Assembly (NCBI RefSeq): GCF_036321535.1
Contig: NC_087437.1
Location: forward strand, 48,238,001 to 48,302,000
Reading direction: 5' to 3'
From: Camelus dromedarius
Taxonomy: Eukaryota
DNA: 64,000 nt
A program made the translations under genes and the position numbers. Of the stretch, positions 49,441-62,978 are shown one piece after another (positions within the stretch are counted from its first letter, which is position 1; each line of letters opens with the position of its first letter). Under the pieces are notes generated by a model. That model was given only the letters and a program-made list of their open reading frames with translations. It searched no databases and was not told the DNA's origin.

Positions 49441-50979
49441 AGTAGTAAAGAAATGTATAGGTATCAGAACATATCTTTAATAAATCAACTATAAATCAAA
49501 CACCTTCAGAACACATGCATACTCTGCCCACTGTACACTGAATTTAATCTCTGGTATCTAACCTCATGTCCTAGATCCAAACAGTAGCTAAACCTAACCT
49601 CCAATTCTAGCTACTGATTTTACCTCCTAACCCTAGCTATCATCTCCTTCAAGCCATTCCTCTTACAAATCACATACAATGATCTTACAAATTCCTTTTA
49701 CAGGTCAGTTTATAATGCAATAAATAAATAAATAAATACATACACACATACCAAAAAAACCCTCACAAAATTACATTTCCCACTTTAAACAGCCTGTCTC
49801 CTGAGTTTTTATGCACCTTTGTAAAAATTTAAATGACTTTGAATAAATGCATTTAGAAAAAGACTTCTGGAATCAATTCTCAATGTTCAATTAGAAAGAA
49901 ACTTGGTACACATTTGCTTTAACAAAAATAAAATCTATGGTTCTGAAACCTCCATTTAAAATGGCATTTATATCTTTCATGAATGTGATTAAAACATATT
50001 TTTCAATGTATTAACTTCAGAAATGAAATTTTATCTTTTGTTTTGACTCCCTGTGAAATTCCCACTTCTATATTACCTCTCTTTCACTATTTTCCATTTT
50101 CAAGTTCTCCCCCAATCCATTTTTATTGACATTTTCTTGAATTTTTTTATTCCATAAATATTTATTCTATTCTGTATTATGACATTGAACACACTATGAT
50201 TTTTTTACATTATGGACTTTAATTTCAAGAATTACAGTTACTTTGTTTTGTAGCCATAGTTACTGCTGTGTTTAAGTGGATTCAGAACTTCCTGACAGTT
50301 TTCATTTTTTTACTGTCTTTACCTCTCGTGAGTTAATTTGTTGATTCATCTTTAAGATGGCTGAATTGTATCTTCACTCAGATTTTTCAGACAAGTTTTA
50401 TGAGCCGCTGAGTATTGGAGACTATTCTTCATTTACCTTCACTAGTCAATGACAGCCTAGCAGAGTAAATAAATTTTAATTCAGATTATTTACCCCTTTA
50501 ATAGTCTTCCAAAATATTTTTTCCTTTAAAAATAGTTTCCCTTTATGGTGAGCCTAAATATAACAAAGATGTCCCTTAGTTCTATAATAATTAGCTAAAA
50601 TGTTCAAAGTCCATCTGATATAACTCTAGGAAGCCTGGACTCTCATTGTATTATCTTCTTTTAGTATTTATGAGTATTTGAATTTTTCACAGCTTGATAC
50701 CAGTTATCATTGACTACCATAGATCACTACTCTGGCTGTACTCATCTATTTCTCTCATCAACTTGTCTAAGGCATCTCTCCTGCTTTGTCCATGCTAATG
50801 TAGTTTTCTCTTGATATTTTTGTCAAGGGGTGTACTCATGCCATTAAAAATAAAAATCCTCAAAGCATAAATAATACCTATCTTTGGTATTTAGCAAAAG
50901 GGTCACTGTGTGAAAAATTAACATGTAGCATAGTGCAGTAATTAAAAGTGTGGCCTCTGTAGCCAGGCTGCCTGGATTA

Positions 50980-53400
50980 GAGAAAATCTCAAAAGCAACC
51001 AGAGGAAAGTCAAATTCTCTTCTAAGAAGCAATGAGTAGACCAATAGCCAACTTCTTGGGAGCAACAGTAGCTATCGAGACAACAGAATGACATTTTCAA
51101 AGTTAAAAAAATACCTGTCAAATAGAGTATTAAAGAGTGAGGAAAGATGGATGGTTTTTCAAAAACTCAGGAAGTTGGCCACTCGTAGAATTTACTGAAG
51201 GAATTATTTACAGATATAATTTTAAGGCAGCCAACTATTTAGGAATAAAGGAAATAATAAAACTTATTGTAAATACAGGAAAGAAAAAATGGTAAGTTGA
51301 AAACCAAATAGTGTGGTAGAAACAAGCAAAAATGTAGGTATAATCAAAATAAATGCACACACAAAAAATAAATGCACATAGAATAAATTCATCAATTAAA
51401 AGACTCAGATTTGAGAAAAACAAAACAAAATCTAGGTATTTAATGTGGTACACAAATTATAACAACCTAAATCAATAATGAAATACACCATATTCTAGGT
51501 GGAATTTTAAAATCCTGCAAGCATGTTAATTTTCTTCATATTTATCTATAAATTTCATGAAATTCCAACAACAAAGATTTGATTCAGAAATTTACCTATG
51601 AGATGCCCAAGAACTGGCAAGACAATTCTAGAAAAATCATCACTGGAAACAGTCAAAATATATGAAAGAATTAATTCTCTAGAACATAATATTGAAATAA
51701 AAATTGTAGAAAGAAACATAATTTAGATGAATTTAAAAATACATATTTGCAGATTTATATTATAAATGAATAGACAGTCACATGGACTGAAGTAATACAC
51801 AACAAATTCATTCTTGTCTTTAAGAAGAGAGAAGGGAGAATGGGCTTGGTTGAGGATCAAATGGAATTCAACTTTATATGTTTATTTTCTTTTATTTAAA
51901 TAGATTAAATAAAACTTTTTTTAACTGCAGCAAATATAATGAATATTATATGTTTGTTCTGGGTGGTGTGTATGTAGGTTTTGAATATTACTCTTGATCC
52001 TTCATTAATATTTTAGCAATTAAAATGGAATATTTGGATAATAAAAACAGTATTAGCACTGTTGTAGAGGGAGAATTTAGTGGAAATCTTTCAGCCATTG
52101 ACAGATCAATGTGACAAAATTAAATAAGATTTAAATATTTTGAATATATTATTAAGACCAAATATATATATGTGTATGTATAATATTCATGACATATTTA
52201 TAAAAATTGATCACATAAGCCACAAATTACATCTTAATTTATCTTCAAGGGCAAAATTGTACAGGTCACAGCCCCTGACATCAGTAGACTCAAATAGTAA
52301 TTTGATTCCAAATAGTAAATAGTAGAAGAGTTTAGTTTACTCCAACAAAACAACAGAACATTAACAGAAAGAACTCTTCCAATTAAAAAATGTTCAAATA
52401 ATTTTGTATCACTGAGGAAATCCAAATGACATTTAGATTATTAAATATAAATGAAAAAATAAGAATCACCAGAAATTCAAAGGAAGCCTGCAGCATGATA
52501 GAAAAACCAAGAGAATAAAATGGAAAAAAACTGTCTCTAGAAAAAACAGAAATAAATTGAGGAAGAGAAGAGAACTTCAAAAAGAAAACTCTAATTATTA
52601 ACCTCAGGGAAATTCAAGACTATAATACATGCATATTACTAGTACTATCTTTTACGGGAAGGCAAATTCAGACAAGATTAACTCTTGAAAATTAAATATA
52701 AGATTACTATATTAAAAATAATTTCAAATTTGAAAATAAAGAATTTACACAGAATGTAGAATAAAAAGACAACCATAAAATTATGTGAAAAAGGATAAGA
52801 TACATAGAGGGTCAGTTCTAGGAATCCAATATCCAATTACCTGACCCAAAAAGAGAGGTTAGAAAAGAACTGGAAAGAAGGTTTTTAAATTATAAATGTA
52901 AATGTTGTAATTATAAAATTTATAATTTCCCAGAGCTGAAGAGAAAATGTTCATGTATTGCACATGATGGATGAATAAAAGATTAAAATCTGACATATCT
53001 ATGTGAAGTATTAGAAAATTAATCATAGAGAAGTTCCTAAAGCTTCCAAAGGGAACAAAAGATAATCTACAAAAAAATGAGACTCCAACTGAAATTATAT
53101 TTCTCAGAAATGTGGGGTGCTATGAGACAATGGAACAAATGCCTTCAGGTATCTGAGGAAGAACAATTTTTAAAGTAAACTTCTCTTCCCAGTCATATTT
53201 TTAACAAGTATGAAAACAGGATAAAAATATTTTAAAATATGAAAGGACCCAGATACTGTCTTTCTTAGGATTTACTTTTTAAGAGGATGTACTCTGTTGA
53301 AACAAGGGCATGAATTAAAATGGGAGGTCAGGGAACAGTGAAAGGAAGTGAAGTTCTATCCTTGGCTCAGAGAACAGTTCAGATTGGAGAAGAGGGATTC
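50980..53400 (+). mobile_element. Highly decayed L1 fragments
   Basis: Scattered ORF1/ORF2 motifs in A-rich sequence. Confidence 0.55.
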
Positions 53401-53451
53401 TGGGAAAAAACAAAACAAAACAACTTAAAATGTATATAGATAAATACATCT

Positions 53452-53830
53452 GGAGGAAAATATAATTCGAAAAGACACATGCACCCCAATGTACACAGCA
53501 CTGTTTACAATAGCCAAGACATGGAAACAACCTAATTGTCCAACAACCGATGACTAGATGAAGAAGATATATTATATATATACAATGGAATACTACTCAG
53601 CTATAAAAAAGAATAGAGTAATGTCATTTGAAGCAACATGGATGGACCTGGAGATTGTCATTCTAAGAGAGAAAGAAAAATACCATATGATACCACTTAC
53701 ATGTGGAATCTAAAAAAAAAAAGATACAAATGAACTTATCTATAAAACAGAAACAGACTCAAAGACATAGAGAACAAACTTATGGTTACCGGGTGGTAAA
53801 GAGGGTAGGAAGCGATAAATTGGGAATTTT
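53452..53830 (+). mobile_element. Young L1 ORF2 end and 3'UTR fragment
   Basis: aaagacacatgcaccccaatg...tacaatggaatactactcagc...gcaacatggatggacctggagattgtcattctaag. Confidence 0.9.
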
Positions 53831-54706
53831 AAATTTGCACCTCTTGGGGAGTGATGGAAATGTTAGCTATCTTGATTGTGGTGGTGGTTTCACTGGTGTA
53901 TACATCTACCAAAATTCATCAAATTGTACATCTGAAATATGTGTAGTTTATTTGGAACTATACCACAATAAAGGTATTAAAAATGTGATAGAAAATATAC
54001 AATGATGAAAAGCTTGGGACTACTTTATATGATAAAAGTACACCAAGAAATACAATCAGAGATTCCATTAAAGCAAAACAAACAAAAGAAAACTATATGA
54101 CAAAGTCATAATCCAAAGAGGCAGCCATCAAATATGTAGCATGTCTTAGCCATCAAATAGTGTGCACACAAGAGGAATAAATTTGAACTTGGCTTGAGAA
54201 TATTCTCCTTTGATAAAACAGGATACCATTAAAACTACTAAAACGACAACAACAATAGCTGAAAAATTTACCTAGTCATTAGAGTGTAATCACTAAGTAT
54301 TGGTTTTCAACTTTTAGGATTTACAGACAGTTTATAAGCATGTAATGGAGAAACTAAGATGATAGAAGAAAATAAAAATGACAATGAAAATGCTAAGATA
54401 AAGCCAACTCCAGTTGGGATTTGAAGGGCAAGGGAAGATAAGCAGCGATAATGTTCTTATGCAAAGAGAGTAGTTAAAAGCTGTGTATATTGTTATTGAG
54501 AAAAGAAGTGGTGGTTTAAGAATGTTGCTAAAATGGAAATTGAAAATAGTGGTATAATTCTGGTGAGAAAAGAGGGTGGGGGAAGAAGCGTGATAAAATT
54601 GCGTTAAATCCTTATCTATCAAAATAAGAACTCAACCTAGGATATCTAAATTATGTGAATCTTGAAATAGAAGTTTAGTGATCTTATTTAGAGATAAATA
54701 GATTAT

Positions 54707-55316
54707 TGAGACAGGAAGGCAGCAAGGCACAGCCATTCAAGGAATGCTACAGCAATTAACATCAAAATGGTGAAAGATTCAACTCCCAGTAGGCCTTGAG
54801 GCTCAAGATGGGAGATTTAACTTCTAGCAGATCTTGAGCTCCATTATATGCCCATTGTAATATATTAGCATGGTGAACAACATGCCCATAGGCACCATGG
54901 CAGTCTCAAGGCTAGCCACAGAAGGTCAGAGTGGGAAATGGCCAACTCCTGGGAATCCCAGCCCCTTCCCCAGACTACTTAGACAGGTCCTTCCACTTAT
55001 TAGCATATGAAGCCACCAAGCCCATGAAAACTGGCAACGTGGCTCCTCGCCATTGCCCCTCTCTCTCCGTTCAGAGACGCCCCAGAGAGTGTGTACCTAC
55101 TTTTAATCTGAGCACCCAACACCCACGCCTTGTGGCCTTTCTCTTGCCTTTCAATGTATCTCTCTGAATAAATCTACATTTACTCAACTGTGGCTCGCTC
55201 TTGAATTCTTTCCTGCGTGAAGCCAAGGACGCACACTTGGCAGGGCACATCCCAGGGGCTCAACTGAAGCCTGGGACATGGCCCTCCTCACGCCCCACAT
55301 CTGTTTTCCTGCATCA
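54707..55316 (+). mobile_element. ERV1 solo LTR
   Basis: TG...CA termini (tgagacagg...cctgcatca), AATAAA at ~55167 followed by ggctcgctcttgaattctttcctgcgtgaagccaagga; TSD ttat/tcat. Confidence 0.85.
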
Positions 55317-55897
55317 TCATCACTATAGGCATTAAGACAAAATTGGTTTAAATGGCTATCACCAGTTAGAGGCACTTTAGTGGAGAGGGATAGGGTACAA
55401 GTTGGTTAATTTTCTTTATAGTCCTTCAGAACTCTAATATTTAACACCATGCATATATTTACTCTGAAAAGAAAATCTGCAACTCAAAGACCGTGTGAAA
55501 TAAAATGACAGTGAGAAAACTGCATAAGGAATATATACAATGTGGTAAAAAATGAATTCAGAGATAAATCAACAGTCTTAAAGAAAGTTTAAATAAGAAA
55601 TAATAAAAACAAATGAAAAAAGAATTCAGTGCAAGTTAGAAAAACATGACTAAGACCAAAAAGAAGAGGATAATAATCATACAACAAAAATTTCAAATTA
55701 GAAAAAAAGAAAATTATAAATGGTTATATGTATCTGACACTATTTAAAATGTCTTACTTGTTTTAACTCCTTTAATCCTCATAGAAAAACTACAAGGGAC
55801 TCACTATTATTATGCTCATTTTCAGATGAAGACATTGAGGTGCAGATAGATAACTTGCCCAGAGTTATCTAGTAAACAACAGACTGAGAATTCAAAC

Positions 55898-56616
55898 TAG
55901 TGGTGTGCTGGGAAATGCTTAGCAATAACTAACAAACAGCACTCCTCTCACACTCCCTTCCCCCTCCCTTCAATAAGCCTTGATTTGCAGTGTTTGCAAG
56001 TACTTCCACCACGATCAATTTCAAACTACCAAAGAGTAGTGTCGACTGAAATAAGTGCACAGCCTAAAAGTTGAGAGTTATGTTTTATTCAGCGGACATT
56101 TCTGAGGACTTGAACCCCTTAAAGCCTGGGATGACAGCCACTCAGATCACTCTGAGGGACTGTTCTGAAGAGGTAGAGGAGGAACTAGGATATATAGGAT
56201 CTTTACAACAAAGACCAGGTAGTTGGAACATTAGAAGATTACTTGTTAACTAAAGAAAACCAGGCATCTCAAGTTAAAGAATTCAGTGCTTTTCTATGTA
56301 TGGGAGGGAGCATACATTTGGGCTCATTGAATTCATTCCTTTGACAAGCACTTAGCTATCTAGGGCCAGTCTCCTGTCCTTTCTTATTCTGAGTTCGCTC
56401 AGAGGGCACCATTGTGAGTGCAGCAGAGGCTGGGCTGCAGGCTTGTCTTCACTGTGGGGTGGTGGCAGCCACTGATGACTTGATGGCTTCAGCATTCTTT
56501 GTTTACTGATGTGGTTTGCAGTATTTTTCGTTCACAGTAGACACTGTGAGTAGAGTTGGAAGATGCACACAATTTGCTCCTTTGAGCCTGTGCAAGCAGA
56601 CTGCAGTGCACCACTG
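55898..56616. mobile_element. MER63A-like hAT-Blackjack element, interrupted by an LTR
   Basis: Terminal inverted repeats (t)agtggtgtgctg ... cagtgcaccactg; 8-bp TSD attcaaac/attcaaat; internal gatttgcagtgtttgc and tttcaaactacc. Confidence 0.8.
56040..56536 (-). mobile_element. ERV1 solo LTR nested in MER63A
   Basis: TG..CA termini, reverse AATAAA (ttttatt ~56083), perfect 4-bp TSD gtag at 56036-56039 and 56537-56540. Confidence 0.85.
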
Positions 56617-57919
56617 ATTCAAATTCAGACAATCTGGCCCCAGAGGATTAAAGCAGAAACCAACATTGATGGCATTCTAAGGATGCTTCCATTAATGTTA
56701 TTTCTAAGGGACAGATATTCTGTCATTGTTAGATTGCCAACATTACTATAAAAGTCTACTATTAATTAATTCAATGAAACAAGTGACTACATAGTTACCA
56801 AAGCGATCAAAGTGATACCTCACTTCAGCCAAGTAAATGAAAGATTTAGTCAATAAATGACATTGGACAATTGCCAGATATAGTCAGATTAGAGCCCTGC
56901 TTTATGCTAAATCAAAATAAATTCTGGAGAAATTAAATATGCAAATATAAAAAAAACCTGACAGTATTAGAACAAAATATGAAGAGACTATTTTTATGGT
57001 TTGACATAGGGAGACTTTCAGCAAGTCACAAAATGAAAGATTGTTAACATGTGTTTGAATGAGTCGATAAGAAAATGTATAGAATCAGTCATAAATTAGC
57101 AACAAATACAATTATTTGGGGATTGGGATTGGATGTAGGTTATATATCTTTATCTGCATCTATATCTATATGAATTCTTGGTGATTTTCACTTTGTTATA
57201 ATTTTCGTATTTTTCAAAGAAAATATGGTTTATGATGGAGGAATACAACCTACAAATTTGGACTACATGTATGATATTTTGGATAATAAACATAAAAATT
57301 GAATAAGAGGAACTAAAAAATACGAATAGATCAAAAGCAGAGAAAATTAAAGGAACTCATCAAATTCCTCCTCCTCTCATTCCTTCCTGATCCATGTAAA
57401 GCTTCAAGTTTAATGTGTGTTGATATTGGTCATTTTAACTTTAAAGGAACAACGAATTCAGTTGCAACTCACAGAAAAAATAAAGAAAGCTTTCCAATTC
57501 AGTTTATGTATTCATTTAACAAATATTTATTGGGTACCTACTCTATTAGATTCTGGGGCTACAGTATTAAATGAGAGTTCCCAAGGAGTTTAAATACAGA
57601 AAAATAATAATAAAATCAAGTTATCATATATAATATCAAAATCTGGCAAAGATAGTAAAAAACAAACAAACAGCAACAAAAGAAAAACCCCAGAATAATC
57701 TGAAGGATAGAAAGATGCAAAGATAGATGCAAAATAACCTTTTAAATATTAAGTAATTGAATCAGCAGTATATTAGGAGACAATTATGCCAAAGCCAGAT
57801 AGGTCTTATTCCAGACATTCAAGGGTGATAAATTATTAAAATATCAGTAATACTATCAGTAGGTAGTTCAAAGAAAAAATACACACTGATCTATCCAATA
57901 TCTGTTTCCGCACTGAACA

Positions 57920-58665
57920 TTAGTTTACTTAACAAATATTTATTGAGCACTAATTTCAGGTGCTCTGCCAGGCACTGGACATGAAACAATGAAAAAGATG
58001 GGTACCGTCTCTGGTTTCAGCTAGTTTACATAATAGTGGGGAAGACAGAATGGTAACCGAGTAATTGTACTACAGAGTGAAAACAGAGTAATTGTGAAGG
58101 AAGTACAGGTGCTAAGGGGGCCATGTATCAAGGGTAGCTCTTCCAGCCTGGTGTGTCTGGGAAAGCTTGCTGAAGGAAGAGGAGTTAGCCAGCAAAGAAG
58201 GAAAACAAGTGTTTTGGGCAGAAGAAATAATATGCACATAGACTGCAAACTGAGAGGAAATAGAGTATGGTGGAGTGTAGAGGCAGATGGCCGGTGGTGA
58301 GAGGTGAAGCTGAAGAGGTAAGTAGGGCCGATCATTCAGCTCCTTGTGAGCCATATTAAGGAGTTTAGATTTTATTCTGAGAGCACTAGAGAGCTATTTT
58401 AAGTGGGGGGTGGGGGGCGGTGTGTGACATAATCAGTTTTGCATTTTAGAAAAGTTCATTTGAGCAGAAGTATGAGAATGAATTGGGGCAGCTTGGCAGT
58501 TAGGTATAAGTTCGTATGATAATAGAAGAGAGGGGGTAACAGTATGAACCAAGGCAGTAGAAGAGGAAAGCCAGGGCAGATTTAAGAGATATTTAGGAGG
58601 TAGAATGGTGAAGTCTTAGTGATGACTGGATATGGGAGAGGGGAAGGTAGATGGAAGAGTCAAGA
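57920..58665 (-). mobile_element. LINE-2 3' portion
   Basis: aacaaatatttattgagcac...gccaggcactgg...taaggagtttagattttattctga...gagatatttaggagg. Confidence 0.85.
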
Positions 58666-58759
58666 GCTGCTAGGTGGCAGTGAGAGGATTTGACAAAAGC
58701 TCTCATTTATTGTGTTCTCTTTAATGAAGTCATAAAAGTTTTTTGTTTGAACCTGACAA

Positions 58760-60400
58760 ATTTATTCTTAATAACAAACACCAGAGACATTCCTATGAAA
58801 TCTGTAACAAGATAATAATGCCCATTATTACTATCATTATTTAATGTTATATTTCAAATGGCAGCTAGTGTAATAATCCAGGAAAATGAATAAAAATAAT
58901 TCTTGGCAACCAAACAACTATTCTAATTAAATGCAGATTCCATGTCTATGTACCTAGAAAATCTAAGTGACTCAAGAAGAAACCTATTAGGAAAAGTTAA
59001 CAATCTGTAAAATTTCAAATTATAAATTGATTTAAAAAAAATCAGTAGTTTCTCATTGTATCAGCAAAAACACATTAGAAAATATCATAAAAAATTTTTC
59101 TTTTCAAAATAAAATTCAAACATGAAATACCTAAAAAAAAGGTTTAAGAATTAATCAGTATTGATATGAAAGAAAATATAAAACTTTACTGAATAAACAG
59201 ACTCATACAAAGTTCTTGAATGTGAAGACACAAATAGGAAAAAGTCAATTTTCTCAAACTGATTTATAAATTTGATACAACTTGATTTTAGAGTTAATCC
59301 AGAAAGTATGAGAACAGCCAAGAAAATTTTTGAAATTTTAAAAAGAATTCTGATTAGGAATTATACTGCCAGAAATGAAAATATATTATAAAGTCATGAT
59401 AATTAGAAGTCTGGTACTGTTACATAATTAGATAGCACAGTAGGATAGATCAGAATGCCTCAAAATATTGCCAAGTATATGCCAATTTTAGTGTATTATG
59501 AAAGTAACATTTAAACTAGGGAGGAAAAGATGGGAGTGTGATTGAATAAATGCATTTATCTCCTCTCTCTGTGGAAACCTTTCTAAAATATCAGTAAAAG
59601 GATTTTTAAAGAGCATATAACTACAAGTAAAAATGGATCAGGAAAGAACACAAAAGCAGATGAGAGATGATACAATTTTGGGAAAACAAAGAGCCAATGG
59701 AGGAATAGTAATTAACTCAGTGAGGGAAGGAAGCTATAACCCCTATGACTGCAGCGAGTGACACTGAAGTGAAGTCCAGACACAGTGGAATGTGGTAAAC
59801 TTGAAAACAGAAGGATTGAGGGATGTCTCAATGGGATGAATCAGGGGTCTCCTCCAACGCTGTTCCCATAACAACAGTCAGTCATTTACCTACCCCAGGC
59901 TAAATAAAAGAGGATTACTTCCTTGGGAAATTGAGAAGGGGCCCCAATATCAGTTACATTTAGGCTCCATTATCTAAAAAGTTATCATCCTAACCCCTTT
60001 GCTCTAAAAGAAAGCCTAGCAATTTAAAAGGTCATCTTTTTCCCACTTCCCCTAGAAAAACTCCAGCCATATTTGTGGAACCTGTCTCTTAAATGTGCAT
60101 GGTACACTAGAAAATTAAGCAAAACCTCCAACTTGAAATAAAGAGGACAAAGCAAACAGAAAGCAAACAAATAAAATCCTCAGAGGGAACAAAGACAAAA
60201 AAAAAAAAAAAACCACCCTATAATTTGTATCCTCAGAAGGATGAGGGAAGATACTGCATGAATGAGAGTAATATATAAAGGGAACAAAAGACAAGGAAAG
60301 AACTCTTAGAAATTAAAAAAAGGGAACCAGAAAAACAACAAGAACAACAAATCAATAAAAGGGTCAAAAATAAAGTTAAGAAAGCACCACAAAATGTACA
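58760..60400 (+). mobile_element. Decayed L1ME-type ORF2 and 5'/ORF1 fragments
   Basis: ORF2 motifs (tacctagaaaatc, gatttataaatttga, gaacagccaagaaaattttt). Confidence 0.55.
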
Positions 60401-61299
60401 ACACAACAGAACAGAGACAGGACTTATTAAAGATCTCAGCTTGAAAAACAGGAGTGATCACTGTAGGCGTGGGAGGGGACCAACTATAGAAGGAAGGTAT
60501 ACCAGGAAAAATATATAAGCAGGGCACAGAATAGAGCAGTTCATTTATGCTTGCATGATAGTCTACTGTAGATTCATACTATAAATTGATGTTACTATAT
60601 TACGTTACTATTGTCAAACCTTAAAGTTTTTTCCTCCAGTTTATAACTCTTACAAACAATCTTGCTGTAAACAGCTTTGTCCATAAAAAATTGCCTAAAT
60701 TTCAGCTTATTTTCTTAGGACAGATACAGGAAATGGAACTACTGGATGCTGTCCCACTTTGAAGTAGTGAGGTACTTAGGAAACCACTTGAATATTTAAA
60801 GAATTTTTATGAACTAAGTGGGGTGTGATATGATTTGAAAAATGATCCTTGACTGATCAGTTCTTTCTAGGGAGAATATAGTTGTAAAAAACAATATATT
60901 CACAGCTTACTAGGGAAGGTTGGGACTCTTTCAGATCTCTCAGATCTTAGAAGTTATTGGAGGAGTATTTGGGGCCATCAGATGGAAACAAACCCTCAAT
61001 AGCATATTCATAAGGAACTTGTAAAGAGGAAACCAAGGGCTCTCTCCCCAGCTTTTCCAGGGAAGAGAAGAATGGTGTTGAGTTTGAGATTAGGAAGGTG
61101 GAGGACAAATACCCAGTGAGAAATGCTCTATTGCACTCTTCTTGGTAATAGTCATTTTTCCTTCATTCACCTGTGCCCAGGTTTCACCACACTTTGGCCA
61201 AAGCTGCTTTGTTATTTGTTCTTTGTTACTCTTTCTTTGAGGCAGCATGGGACGATGCGTGAGCTCCAGACTTACAAACACCTGAGGATATTATTTGGT

Positions 61300-61965
61300 T
61301 CTTCCACTTATTTGATGATGTTCCAATTGTTTATTGCTGAAAATCAAACCACCTTATGAAAGAGCAATTTGAGCAGGGTTTGGCAGGGACCGCTTGTCTC
61401 TGCTTCTCTTAGAATCAGCTGGCATGGCTAAAAGACTGGAGACTGGAGTCATCTGAAGTGGAGTTTCTCAACCTCAGCACGTCTTTCACTTGGGGCTGGG
61501 CATACTTTGTTGTGGGGAACTGTGAACCGTAGAATATCTAGAAGTATTCTGGTCCTCTACCCGCTAGATGCTAGTAGCACTCCCTTTCGAGTTGTAACAA
61601 CCAAAAATATCTCCAAAAATTGTCAAATGTTCCCTCCCAGTGGGGAGGCAACATGGTCCATGGTTGAGAACCACTGCGAAGGCTGGCACGTATGTGGTAG
61701 TTGACGCTGGCTACTGACTGAGACCTTAGGGGAGACGAATGTGTAGGCTGGAACACCTACGCATCATCTCTCCCAAATGATGTGCCTCCTCACAACGTGG
61801 TAGCTGAGTTCCAAGGGCAAGCATCAAGGTAGGGCAGGGAAAGCAGTTTGCTCTTTGTGACATAGCTCTGGATGTCAGGCAGCTTCACTTCTGTTGCATC
61901 AGTTTAAGCAGCCATGAAGGCCATTTTCAATTTCAAGGGGAGGAGAAATAGATTCTACCTTTTGA
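61300..61965 (-). mobile_element. MLT1 LTR interrupted by MER20
   Basis: ggcagggaccgcttgtctctgctt...gactggagtcatctgaag|gctgg...gctgagttccaagggcaagcatc...tcaaggggaggag. Confidence 0.75.
61459..61676 (-). mobile_element. MER20
   Basis: gtttctcaacctcagcac...ggtcctctacccgctagatgctagtagcac...ggttgagaaccactg. Confidence 0.9.
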
Positions 61966-62334
61966 CGAGGGACTCTGTAAATAACTTAACATGTAATTGT
62001 TCACTATGATACATTTGTGGGTCTATATCCTTTCTAGTTCTGTTAGTATTAGTTGCTAGTGACTTAATGAAAGCATTTACTCTTAACTTCCCTGGGGTGT
62101 TCTTCAGAGGGTTCAAGGGAGAACTAGGATATTGTTTCTGGAGAGTGGCTAGGGCCCAGAACAAGAGAAGGGATTTTGGTGAGGGAGCAGGAGAGGAATT
62201 CCTAAGTGGATCTTGTGCACAGAATACTGTCTAGTTGGAAAAGGGGAGAAGGGCAGAGAGGAGAGCCAGCTCAAATGGTGCTACAGCCAAACAGTGCTTG
62301 CTGCCACAGGTTTTGGGGATACAAAACATCAGGC

Positions 62335-62837
62335 TGGTGTTCAACACCGAGCTTTATTCAGACTAGGGGAGTAGCAAGAGAACTGCCCCCTTTAACACTT
62401 TACCAATCAATCATTTCTGTTATAGGGCCATTCCAATATAAATGTCTTTAACTGACTTAAATTGTCATATCACAAACACTCTACCTCCTAAGACTCCCAA
62501 TGTGGTGCCCAACCACAATTATTCCCTAATTATAGGATAATGGAAAAAGGTTAAGAATTCTTATATTATTTTAAGGATCAGTTATTCAGGGGAAAGTAAC
62601 AACAACAAAAAGGTGAAAATGTTTGTCTTGGGCTATATGAATGCAGTTGGTTTTCACCAAGATCAAGTTCATATAACTGACGTCACACCTTGTTCCAAAA
62701 CAGAGCACAGCTTTCCTGGGGCTACTCAATCTTTATCAGGTTTTCCTTTCACGAAAGGCTGCTCTTGCCGAGCAACTTCATTGCCTTCTGGGAAAAGATG
62801 TTCTATAGCACAGTCTTCACCCACTGGAGAACGCTCT
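62335..62837 (-). other. Candidate terminal exon with stop codon, 3'UTR and polyA signal
   Basis: Acceptor caataactacttgccattccag|A. The longest frame ends ...ERSPVGEDCAIEHLFPEGNEVARQEQPFVKGKPDKD* (stop 62726-62728). AATAAA on - strand at 62353-62358 with a downstream GT-rich tract. Confidence 0.35.
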
Positions 62838-62924
62838 CTGGAATGGCAAGTAGTTATTGATGTCCAAGTCTTTGCATGTTATGATAAAAAAAAGCCATCT
62901 TTCTGTCTCCTTGCTTCACCTTAC

Positions 62925-62978
62925 TGCGTTGAAGTTGGGCCCAGCCATAAAATCCAAGATGGTAGAAATACTAACGGT
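62925..62978 (-). other. Candidate penultimate exon (54 nt) of an unidentified - strand gene
   Basis: ttaaattatag|ACCGTT...AACGCA|gtaagg, followed by an 87-nt GT-AG intron (62838-62924). Confidence 0.35.

Larger units (their letters stand above)
55730..56650 (-). mobile_element. MIR, split by MER63A and an LTR
   Basis: tttaatcctcat...cattttcagatgaagacattgagg...aacttgcccaga...attcaaac continues at 56617 as attcaaattcagacaatctgg. Confidence 0.75.

Noticed and set aside
62635..62683. LRR-like peptide RQLYELDLGENQL on the - strand
   Set aside because: It is a single motif directly after an in-frame TGA, with no neighbouring LRRs and no splice acceptor. It falls in the putative 3'UTR and is likely chance.
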